Origin: Octopus sinensis
Lineage: Eukaryota
Direction: 5' to 3'
Assembly (NCBI RefSeq): GCF_006345805.1
Contig: NC_043008.1
Span: forward strand, 50,654,001 to 50,718,000
DNA length: 64,000 nt
Shown here: positions 37,212-49,871 of the stretch, piece by piece
Layout of the letters: each line of letters opens with the position of its first letter
How positions within the stretch are numbered: the stretch's first letter is position 1
Notes under the pieces: model-generated
Told to the model about the DNA's origin: nothing
The model's input: only the letters and a program-made list of their open reading frames with translations
Databases searched by the model: none
Program-made: the position numbers and the translations under genes

Positions 37212-40200
37212 GGATATACATACATACCAGTGTTGTCTGGTCATGCAGTTTATTGAGAACCTGCTCAAATTTCTAGTGTGTCAACATTAGAAATTCAGAG
37301 CCTATGTCCAGAAGCACATCAAGGGCCGTGTTGGGCCATGAGTTCAACCCTACCCTCTACCTGAATCTCTTTGACCAGGTCAAATTCAGTGTGGAGAAAT
37401 CTTCACTTGACTCGTCTGGCCAGGTAACCAACCACAAACACCCCTCAATACCCTTTCACCAACAACTTAGCTCTCTCTCTCTCTTTCTCTCTCTCTGTCT
37501 TTCTATGTCTATCTTCTTGTCTTTATCCCTCTCTCTCTCTCTCTCTCTATTTACCTGTCTGCATCTCTTTCTTTCTCTTTCTTTGTGCCTGTCTATTGGT
37601 TTATTTCTGTCTCTCTCTCCCTGTATGTATGTTTGTCTGTCTTATCTATATGTCTCTCTCTCTCTCCCCTCTCTCTGTGACTGGCTACCTCTCTCTTTCT
37701 ACCATTATCTATGCCTCTGTTTCTCTATCTCTTTCTATGTACTTGTCTGTATCTCTTTCTGTCTCTCTATATGTCTCTCTCCCCCTCTCTCTCTGTCTTT
37801 CTGTGCGACTGTCTATCTCTCTTTCTGCTATTGTGTATGCCTGTCTGTTTTTTCTTTCTTCATTTCTCTCTCTCTCTCTCTCTCTCTTCCTGTATGTCTG
37901 TTTGTCTCTCTCTCACCCTCACTCTGTCTTTCTGTGTGAATGGTTATCTCTCTCTGCCATTGCGTATGCCTCTCTGTTTCTATCTCTCTCTCTCTCTTCC
38001 TCTCTGGGGGCATTTCTATGACTGTCTGTCTGTCTGTTTAACAAAACACTCAACAGTAGATGGTGTCGTTGACACCCCCCCCCCAATCATCTCCCTGTCC
38101 CTCTACCCATGCACATCCACGTCTGTTGGCTGTTGTATATATTTATAGACTGTTTCTTAATTATGTGATGATGATGATGATGATGATGATGTTGCTGTTA
38201 GCCCTTTTGCTACTATGATTATAGCAAAAATAAATGTGGTCGATGCCAGTGCTGCCTGATTGGCTTCCATGCTGGTAGCACATAAAAAGCACCAAACAAG
38301 CATGGTCGATGCCAGTACAGCCTGGCTGGCACGTAAAAAGCACCACATGAATGTTAAGTTAATTTTTTGGCTCTAAAAGCAAAAAGCAAGGCCATGTAGG
38401 GGGACATGGAGTAATGTACAGGGAGGGTGTTCATGCAAAGAGTTCAGGCCATTTCTGGTCAAGAGAGACTTTGAACTGAGCGGTCGTCGGCATCTTTACT
38501 ATCTTGTCCGGCAGCTTATTCCACGGATCCGCAACCCGGGCGAGAAAGCCCCTCTCCTTCGATTGAGCCGGCGCTCTGGAGCAGGAGTGACGAACAGCTC
38601 TTTCGAGAGGTTACACTTTCCGCTTATGATGTTGTGAGCAAGAATGAGATCACCACGGTGTCGTCGTTTTTCTAGAGAATAAAGGTCGAGCGTCTTCAGC
38701 CTTTCTTCATAAGACAAATGCTTGAGACCAAGAACCATGCAGGTTAGCCAGCTTCTGGACTCTTTGGTCAATGCCAGTGCCGCCTGACTGGCTCCTGTGC
38801 TGGTGGCACATGAAAGGCACCCACTACACTCTCGGATTGGTTGGCATTAGGAAGGGCATCCAGCTGTAGAAATCTTACCAGATCAGACTGGAGCCTGGTG
38901 CAGCCTCCTGGCTTTCCAGTCTTCAGTCAAACCGTCCAAACCATGCCAACATGGAAAGTGGATGTTAAACGATGATGATATAAATATAAATATATATATA
39001 TATATAGAATTAAGAGACAAACTGCTATTTAGTTATTCCATCAATAGTGAAAAGACATTATCAATAATAACTACATAGAAATTAATAAATATCTTAATTA
39101 TTATTCTAAAAATCTCATATATTGTGAATTTTGATTTAGTGTGCTAAATTGAAATTCTTTTCCCTGTTAGCTTGGAATTATCACATTCCTTAAGTATTAA
39201 TAATATATGTGGCACGTAAAAAGCACCCACTACACTCACGGAGTGGTTGGTGTTAGGAAGGGCATCCAGCCGTAGAAACACTGCCAGATTTGACTGGGCC
39301 TGATGAAGCCTTCTGGCTTCACAGACCCCAGTAGAACCGTCCAACCCATGCTAGCATGGAAAGCGGATGCTAAACGATGATGATGATGATATGCATACAT
39401 GCTTACATACATACATACATCATCATTTAAAGTCTATTGTCCATGCTGGCATGGGTTGAATGGTTTGACCAGAGCTGGGGAGCTACACCAGACTCCAGTC
39501 TGATTTGGCATAGTTTCCACGGTTGGATGCTCTTCCTAATACCAACCACTTTACACGGTATCCTGGGTGATTTTGCACGATATGCAGATATGTAGATATA
39601 TACATTTATGTATATGCAATGTATATTTATGTGTTTTGCTGTAGCCTTTTCGAGACATCACATGATGGTTGTATATCTGCATTGTCATCAAGTAAACGAG
39701 GTTGTTGGTTTCCAGTATTCTGTGAAAAAAAGTGTCTGGCTTTGGGGGATATATTACCTTGCTTGGTTGGAAGCAGGTGGGGGTTAGTGACAGGAAGGGC
39801 ATCACGTCATAGAAAATCTATCTCAACAAATTCAGTCTGACCCATGCAAGCATGGAGAAGTGAATGTTAAATGATGATGGTGAGCTTATGAAGATACAAT
39901 ATAACATCTGTAAAATAAGACAAGGTTTTTGAGGTGAAGCGAGTTCTGACGATTTGGGGAGGAGACTTCCTTCAGACATCTTGTGTCTCTTTTCATTGCA
40001 CAAAAAACATTCCTCATTTATATAAATTTCATTAACTGTCTTGTGCCACTATCATTGGCTTTTTTTTTTTACCTGGCTGAGAGCCTCAATATCAGGGATG
40101 GGCAATCTTTTTAGAGAAATGGGACACTTGAGGCATGGTTCATCTGGCAGGTCACACTACTAAAAAAACCCCCAAAAAACTGAAGGTAATTTTTGTTAGG

Positions 40201-42427
40201 TGTGCCATTTAGAAAGTCTTGTAGTCCACAGTTTGCTCATTGACTGCTTTATATGGTCTCTTGGCCAGCTAGAAATAGCAGTCAAACCTCTCTCAAAATA
40301 CTCTCTACTCCCATGAAAAAGAGACACACATTAGATAATGTAGCCTTAGATATGCACTACCAAAGAGGACAGGATGGTCATGACTTGTATGCCTTTAATC
40401 ATATTTTATTATTATTTTTTTTAAAAATCAGGATTAATCTGGAGCAAGAACAGCTAGTTTTTTTTTTTTCAGGTTATAATCCACAGCTGCCCTTAAAATG
40501 TTTTTCAAAGTTTGTTAATCTTGATATAAAAATCTCTCAATTTTTACACCTGTAATCCATGTGAGCAACGATGTGTGCATCCATGCACATATATCTGCAT
40601 GTGTGAAGTCCTTGATATATGCATCTTTTGATTTCCTGAAAGCCATTGTATGACTGAAGCTTAAATTTAAGATCCATAACTGTAGTGTGTGCCACAATTA
40701 CAAAATAAAGCTGCAAGAATTTTTGCTGAGGAATTTTGAGGAATTTTTTTAGATAATAATTTATAGTCTTGGCAGAAAGACAGAATGTATAGTTGATAGA
40801 GTAGCAATCAACTACAGTCTCACTGGTAGTCTGACCCTGGAAGGATGAAAAGCAAAGTTAAGACCTCGGCTGAATTTGAACTTGAAACTTAAAAGAAAGT
40901 AAATACTGTAAGTCAGTGCTTCTCAAACTATCTGATGTGGCGTACCAGCAGTTTTTTTTCCTCCCCAGTGTGCCAGGGACCGGTAATATTTCTTAGTAAT
41001 ATTAATTTATACCGGAAACAATATATATAATGAATATAATAAAAGCTGACAATTTTTTTGTAAACAAATAATACAATATTACATAAGCATTTTATAATGT
41101 TTCTTTTCTGGAAACTCACCATGTAGCGGCAGTTTGATGGCTTGCGGATTGACATCAGTCCATAGACCCCCCCACACACTTTGAGTAGCACTGTTGTAAG
41201 GTATTATGTCCACTAGTCTACTGATTCTGCCACTCTACCAAGATAATGTAAATAACAAAGATCAATCTGTTAGCATGCCAGATAAAATGCTTAGTGCCAT
41301 TTCATCTGTTCTATGTTCTGAGTTCAAATTCTGCCAATGCTTTGACTTTCATAATTTTGAGGTTGATGAAATAATTACCACTCAAGTACTGGGGTTGATA
41401 GAATCGACTAGCCCCCCCCTCCCTGCGAAATTTTAGGCCTTGCCCCTATAAAAGAAAGGATTGCTGTTGTTGTTATAAAAAATAAAATATAATCTTTATT
41501 TACCCAAATATTTACTCACTAGTTGAGAGAAAGTAAATATAAATGTTACTTTAAAATACCATATTTACCAGTGTATAAGACACACTTAAAATTTTTAAAT
41601 GTATGAAAAAAGTTATCCTGCATCTAATGTGACTGTATTATGGATGAGAGACTGTCATAGACTATGGAACCACATTAGTATAAGTATGCCACCTACAGCT
41701 CCTTCAAGAAACACTTATCATCCACCTGGTGGCTATTTGCAATGAGTGGATGACAACAAAATCATAGCAGTGGTGCATCACTTTGGTACCTGGTCATTGT
41801 AACATAACCACTGATATGAATTTTGCATCCTGTATGGCAGTTCTGTTGACCCAGGTATAAACAGCTATACAGTTGGTTTGAAAGATGATAAATTATGTTT
41901 TCCAATAATGTAGTTTATTTGCAAAAAAAAATATGGTTTCATATGTTATTCTAATGTACTGTCACCTTGTATTTACATGCACAGAATCACACATTTAATC
42001 TTACAAGACCTTCAGAATATCTTTTAACAAGTGTATGGTGAAACACACTGAATATGTTTTTCCACAAAATATCCTTGTGAAACAGAAATGTATCTTAATG
42101 CAGAGTGCATGTCGTGTGTGGGGGAAAATACAGTGATTGATATTAAGTGAAATTTCACTTCCTCTAAGATACCATTAATTTGATATCACTGTATTATATA
42201 TTCTTATAGTGTATATGCATAAGTATATATATGGCATGCATGTGAGAAGAACAATGACAAGAGATGCAACATGAAGGAAACTTAAATGTCAATAGTGGAA
42301 AACAAAATAGAGCTGTAAGATGAAATGTAATTATATTAAAAGAACATGCATTTATAAAGCAATGAAATATTAGCTCTAAATATTACCAATAAATTCTGAT
42401 GTGTGTATGTGTGTGTGTGTGTGTGTG

Positions 42428-42462
<35 letters not shown>

Positions 42463-45400
42463 CATTAACAATTAAGGAACGGCCATAATAGGCCATTCAC
42501 CCACTAGAAATAACAGCCAAAGCTTCTACCGCAAATAAAGATTAATTCCGTAAACAGGAGAAAATTAAAAAAACATTTACCCTGTAATTTTAATTTTTTT
42601 TAAATTTTTTAAATTTTTTTAATTTTTAAATTTTCTCCTGTTTACGGAATTAATCTTTATTTGCGGTAGAAGCTTTGGCTGTTATTTCTAGTGGGTGAAT
42701 GGCCTATTATGGCCGTTCCTTAATTGTTAATGTTGAACTTAAAAATGGTCTATGACTATTTAATTTTTTCCCGCTGGGCCGCTGGTGGCAATAAAATTCT
42801 ACAAAATTTTCCTTGCCACCCTATATTGATTATATATATATATATATATATATAATAATAAGAGTAAATAATTTCTATAAAGGCTTTTAAAAAAACCCCA
42901 ATTATTTACTGGTAGAATTCGGTATGTAAATATAGCCGATTACCGGCAGGAACTTCTGTAAAGTTCAGTATATATATTGTATATAAGAAAAAGGGACAGG
43001 CAAACAGGTTGCTTGACCACATACCGAAAAAATAGAAATAGCAGTCAAGAATGCTTATTTCTATCAAAGTTGGACTCCGGGCATGACAAACCCTGTAATT
43101 CACATATGCAAAACAGAAGGAATAGATAACGAAAACGAAGTCTGGCGGTTATCTGCGAACATCATGTTTCTGGATTATAAACATATTGAATATATATTCC
43201 ATATATATTTTTGATATATATTTCATATACATTGCATATATATTTCACATCCTTCTTCAGCACAGCTTTCCATTGAAAAAGATTTATCATAGATTTATCA
43301 AATGCTACGTACCTCAAACCTTCTGACCATGCGACATCAAAATATTTGAAGAAGGATGTGAAATATATATGCAATGTATATGAAATATATATCAAAAATA
43401 TATATGGAATATATATTCAGTATGTTTATAATCCAGAAACATGATGTTCACAGATAACCGCCAGACTTCGTTTTCGTTATCTATTCCTTCTGTTTTGCAT
43501 ATGTGAATTACAGGGTTTGTCATGCCCGGAGTCCAACTTTGATAGAAATAAGCATTCTTGACTGCTATTTCTATTTTTTCGGTATGCGGTCAAGCAACCT
43601 GTTTGCCTGTCCCTTTTCCTTATATACAATATATATACTGAACTTTACAGAAGTTCCTGCCGGTAATCGGCTATATTTACATACCGAATTCTACCAGTAA
43701 ATAATTGGGGTTTTTTTAAAAGCCTTTATAGAAATTATTTACTCTTATTATATTACTATTTGGATTTTTCACTCCCTTATGACAACCTAATAGTTCCCCA
43801 TCTTACGGAACTATTTTTGTAGTGCGCATGGCAAAATTTTGGAGGGAAGATTTACGAATTCAAACGTCTATGTAGGTTTAGCTTTTGCTCACTTTCTTCA
43901 AATATTTTGATGTCGCATGGTCAGAAGGTTTGAGGTACGTAGCATTTGATAAATCTATGATAAATCTTTTTCAATGGAAAGCTGTGCTGAAGAAGGATGT
44001 GAAATATATATATGAATATATATTCAATATGTTTATAATCCAGAAACATGATGTTCACAGATAACCGCCAGACTTCGTTTTCGTTATCTATTCCTTCTGT
44101 TTTGCATATGTGAATTACAGGGTTTGTCATGCCCGGAGTCCAACTTTGATAGAAATAAGCATTCTTGACTGCTATTTCTATATATATATATATACACACA
44201 TACACACATACACACACACATGCACACTTCAATGCATTTTTAAATACTATTAGTATTTGTTACCGAACCTGATATCATAGTAAATACTGTTATCCTATTT
44301 ATGTGTAGTGAAAAATTGAGTCCATCTCATTCACGTTATTGTTACCCTTTTGATGCAGTCCAAACTAAAGAAGTGTATTGTTTGTTTATATATAACATGT
44401 AGCTGTGTAATCAAATATTGTTATATACAAATTGAAAGTGAATTGAAGCAAGCCGATATGTAGGTATTTAATAGCAATGTAATCTTAGTATTACTTGCTC
44501 TTTTACTCTCTCTTTTACTCTTTTACTTGTTTCAGTCATTTGACTGCGGCCATGCTGGAGCACCGCCTTTAGTCGAGCAAATCGACCCCGGGACTTATTC
44601 TTTTTTAAGCCCAGTACTTATTCTATCGGTCTCTTTTGCCGAACCGCTAGATGACGGGGACGTAAACACACACCAGCATCAGTTGTCAAGCAATGCTAGG
44701 GGGACAAACACAGACATACAAACACACACATACATACAATATATATATATACGACAGGCTTCTTTCAGTTTCCGTCTACCAAATCCACTCACAAGGCATT
44801 GGTCGGCCCGGGGCTATAGCAGAAGACACTTGCCCAAGATGCCACGCAGTGGGATTGAACCCAGAACCGTGTGGTTGGTTAGCAAGCTACTTACCACACA
44901 GCCACTCCTGCGTTTAAGTACTGGGCATACCTATACAAATGCACCCCATTTTTTTTTATTTGCATATTAAATTCTGAAATAATCGTTATCTACACGCAAT
45001 GAAAGGTATTTATAGAAAATTTCATCAAAAAATATCCGTTTTCTAAAAGTTATGTAGAAACAAAGCCGTCGTGTGTGAATTTTCTGAAACTTCTCTCCAT
45101 ATCCACAGAAAAATTTATTTGGAAACAAAATTCTGTTATCAGAATCCACACCATTTGAAGTGTATTTGTAGAAAATTTCACTGAAGAATATCCATTTTTC
45201 TGGAAGTTATGAGGAAAGGAAGTCATGTGGGGCACACATATGTAGGTATGCCAAGCAATGAAATATTGATCCTTAGACACTGCTGAAGCATGCAACAGTT
45301 GGAAGTGTAAAGTTTAAAGCAGACAGCTGCAAGATGAAATGTTGCAAGATATTTGTTAACAGAATATGCAATTTAATATTTAAGAAAAAAACCCAACAAA

Positions 45401-48400
45401 AACTGATGGACAAATGAAGAATATTAATTGTAAAAAAGAGAAAATGAAATAAGTTTTAGTAGAAATTGGAGAGATATTCAAATGTGCAATGTTTGCCAAA
45501 TAGAAATTCAAATGCGAAATTGCTTGTGATTGCACATGCACGTAAACTGTAGTCTGATCATGAACACTTCCCTCTGGCCAGGGCCAGTATATCATTGTGC
45601 ATGCATTACTGGAAGTCCATAATAAACATGTATTTTTTAAAATTATATCAAAGATATATAATCATTTCTCATGTTACCTGCTCGGAACCTTTGTTTCCAT
45701 TTGACACCTTCTTTTTTTAAATTTCCGAAAAAAAAAAAAAAAAAAAAGAAGGAATTTTGCTTTCTTTCACTTCCGTGACTTTTATAGTTTATGATAAACT
45801 CTGTTAATGAGGCAGAATGTCACCAGTGGCACCAAGTACCCGAGTGAGTACTACCCTCTAACTTTGCTTCATTGCTGACATTCTTTGTTCTTTTATTACT
45901 GTGTGTGTCATAAACAACAAAAGTTATGCTCTGTGGAATAGATGTCGAATGGAAACGGATCTTGAGAGAGAGTCAGGGAACAAGAGAAAGATGGAGAGAA
46001 AAGGCAACAGAAAGTACGTTAAATCAAAAACAAAAGGTAAGGAATACATTACTAAGCTTTAGTTAAACCAAAAACCAAAAGTAAAGAATATCTTACTAAC
46101 CTCTAAGTATATTTCAGCTTGTCTTGTGGGTAGGGGTTGAGTGAGACCAGTAAGGTATATCCTTAAATAAATAACGTACTAGCTGAGATCATAACCACAA
46201 AGCTAATGACTGCATCTAATACATTACACTTGGTGTGTGATGGCAATTTTAAAATTTTTAATTCAAATTAACTTTTCTCTCCCGTATTTAGTCGAAGCTA
46301 AACAAAACACCAATTACTTTTCGCTTTGAATTTAAACTCCTCTTTCCTCCACCCTAACCGCACCATTATTCTCATTTTCCTCCTCCTTCTCCTCCTCATC
46401 TAATCACACACAACAGCCTTCGGTTCCACATGTTAAATGACATGCATGTGAAATTTTATACTCTTGGAGGATATTGAAAAGCAATAAATAATTTGTGAGT
46501 TTAAACTTGCATATATCAAGGTCTTCCTGTTTATGTACGTATATGTATATGAATGTATACATGTCTGTGTATGTATGTCTTATATATATATATCAAAGTG
46601 TGTAAGGAATAGAAAAGGTAAATCAAAACTACATATGTTTCAATGCTAAACTTAGCATATCTTACGTAACACACAAAAATATCATTTAGCTTTTCTTCAC
46701 ATTTAATTACCTGTGATTGATACAATCGTTGGTAATAAGAGTTGAAGAAAAGCTAAATGATATCTTTATGTTACATAAAACGTTAAAATTAGCTTTGAAA
46801 CATATGTAGTCAGGATTTACCTCTTCTAGTACTTACATTTTTCAACTTATATTCACATAATCAGCAATTTTTGCTGCTAAACCGAGAGTTGTACAGTGGC
46901 AGTGTCATCTTCTTGAAATTTCCATCTATTTCAATATGGGACAGAGTTTATAACATGCTCGTTAATAAACTTTGTTGATCATGTATAATCTGCTTTTTGT
47001 CACCTATACAAGCCATGTACATGCTTGATGCTTACTAACTTCCTGTACCAAAATCTTTTTAGACTGCCACTACTCTATCACCAAACACACTTTGGCATAG
47101 CTCAACTTATGTCATTTCAAGTTACATCTTTTTTTGACTTTATGTTGTTTTTTTTTCAAGAGAGTAGTAGTAAAAAAAGAAACCCCAGCTTCAGTTGATT
47201 ATCTCACTTTATTTTGGTTTCAGCAAACATTTGAAAGCATAAAGATTTTTTAAAAACAAATGGAATATGTATAAACCAGTAATTAAAACAGATATGCGTT
47301 CATAAATGTTTTAAAATGTTTCTCCATTTTATTCTGTTTTTTTTTTTAATTTAAAAAAAAAATTTTTTTATAGTTATGCAGTATGTCTTGGCACCATTTA
47401 CATTGTGTAACATGATTTTTTTCCTTGGGTAACAACTATTATTTCCTAGAAAATATGCAAAATGGCTAATATTTCCTTCAAACTTTGCTTTTGTTGTATT
47501 TATTCAAACCCCAAACAATCCCTCTTAACATGTGGCTATGATGTTCTCCTGTTCATGATCAGAGATGCATATATTGTTAGCCACTAAGAGACATGGGTAA
47601 GTGGTTAAGGTCAAGCAACTGACAAGCAAATGTGTGGTATTGAGCAGCATATATGCTGTAACGATATTTCTGCTTCAGCATCTTAGCACTGAATCTGTCT
47701 GAAGTGTAATGGAAAAATAGGTCAGTTTGAAAACATTGATGTCCAGGTCACAAAAGCAAAGGTTGAAGGGAATGGTAGTCATTTCCTTTGATTTCTAGAT
47801 GGAAGCAAATAGGAAATAACACTTACTGACCAAAGACACAAAAAAAATAAATGAAAATTTTGCTACACAGCATTATCAACGTAAGTTGTGGTATGCACGC
47901 ACAAACCCGCATACACACATACTCTGTGGAATCTTGGTTTATGAATGTCTCTCATCATGAGCAAATCAGTTTACGAACAATTTTCGGACATAAAATGTCT
48001 CGGGTGATGAAGGATGTCTTAATGAATACACAAGCTGTAACAAGCTATGAGTATCAGTGGGAGAGCATCAGTTGGTGCCCAGTTTTCGCTCAGTGCACAT
48101 CCCTGCTTGAATTTCCTCAGGGAAAAATAGTTCCAGTTTATGAAGAATTTGGGTGATGAATGGCCTTCAGGCACTAGTGTAGCTAGAGTGTGTGCTGTCT
48201 GGCACGGCCCTTCCGTTTGCTGCCCTTAGACCCCACAAGAAGCACATATTGCCTACAGTAGACCCAAAAGTGCCACCCAGGGTGGAAATGCCCCCTCCCC
48301 CGCTACGCTAGTGCCTTCAGGACCAAATTCATAAACCGAAGTTCCACTGTGTGTGTGTGTGTGTGTGTTGAGCTGGCAGAATCATTAGCATGTTTGATAA

Positions 48401-48805
48401 AATGCTCTGTGGTATTTCTTTCTGCTTTACATTCTGAGCTCAAATGCCACTGAGGCCAGCCTTGCTTTCATTCTTTCAGGGTCGATAACATAACCACCAG
48501 TTGAATACTGGCATCAACATAATTGACTAATCCCTTCTCCAAAATTTCAGGCCGTATGCCTATAGTAGAAAGGATTATTATTATTATTATAAAGACAGTG
48601 AGCTGGCCAAATTGTTAGCACACCAGACAAACTGCTTAGCAGCATTTCTTCTGGTCATACTTGTTGAGTTCAAAGTCCATCGAGGTTGACTTTGCCTTGT
48701 GGGGTAGGGGTCGATAAAATAAGTGCCATTTTGAGCACTGGGGTCGATGTAATCAACTTACTCCCCTTCTCCAAAATTGCTGGTCTTGTGCCAAAAATTT
48801 GAAAC

Positions 48806-48850
<45 letters not shown>

Positions 48851-49061
48851 GGTGGTGAGCTGGCAGAATCATTAGTGCACTGGACGAAATGCTTAGTGGT
48901 AGTTCACTTGTTGCTATGTTCTGAGTTCAAATTCCGTCGAGGTTGACTAACTTTCATTTTTTTCAGAATCGATAAAATAAGTACCAGTTGAACGCCAGGG
49001 TCAATGTAATCGACTCACCCCCTCCCCCAGATTTGCTGCCCTTGTGGCAAAATTTGAAACC

Positions 49062-49110
<49 letters not shown>

Positions 49111-49839
49111 TCCTCCTCCTCTTCCACAGCTTGTGTAGAATCTATCAGTTCTGATGCACAGCAACAACAACACCAAATGGACACTGATTCAGAGTATGCT
49201 GCTGAGAAAAAGTGAGTTACTTTCCTGTTACTACTACACTTCTGTTACATGATAATCACATTTAAAAAAAATGTTTTTCTTTGCAACAAAATAATTGAAT
49301 TTTTCTAACACTGAAGCACTAATAATATTTTTGTACTTACTGAATAAAGTCTTTCCAATCTGACCGTTTTTGACATGAACATTCTTTCAAACATATTAAA
49401 TTATTCATACAATGACACCACATATAAATGGCTGGTTTTAGAGTTATTACATAGTAAATTAAAAGCAGCCTCATTCCAACCGTAGTTCTTCAGGACAGGA
49501 ATTTGTCTCTATTGAAGAGCTGAGATTTAAATCTCTCCTTAGTTAGAACGGTGTCAATGGAATTCTTCCCAGATCTAGTGCATGTTCAGTTGTATATTTA
49601 AGAGATCAGGAGTTATGTACATTATTTACATTTGACGGATATTTGTCCTCATTTTGTTTGTTGTTAGCACAATGTTTCGGCTGATACACCCTCCAGCTTT
49701 CATCAGGTGTCTTGGGGAAATTTCGAACCTGGGTTCTCATTCCTAAGGTATTTTTCGATGTTGTTGATGGGCATATGGTGTAGTGGTTAAGAGCGCAGGC
49801 TACTAACCCCAAGATTCCAAGTTCGATTCTAGGCAGTGA

Positions 49840-49871
<32 letters not shown>

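Noticed and set aside
28468-38148. Long ORFs rich in C/V/Y/I/H/T or L/S (28468-29683, 31029-31724, 37304-38148; likewise 50530-50853)
   Set aside because: Translations of TG/TA/CA or CT microsatellites; no coding signal.
49769-49843. Functional tRNA gene (also the heads at 1433, 8331, 14828 and others)
   Set aside because: A and B boxes are present but the acceptor and T stems do not pair, and each head runs into a SINE body or tail.
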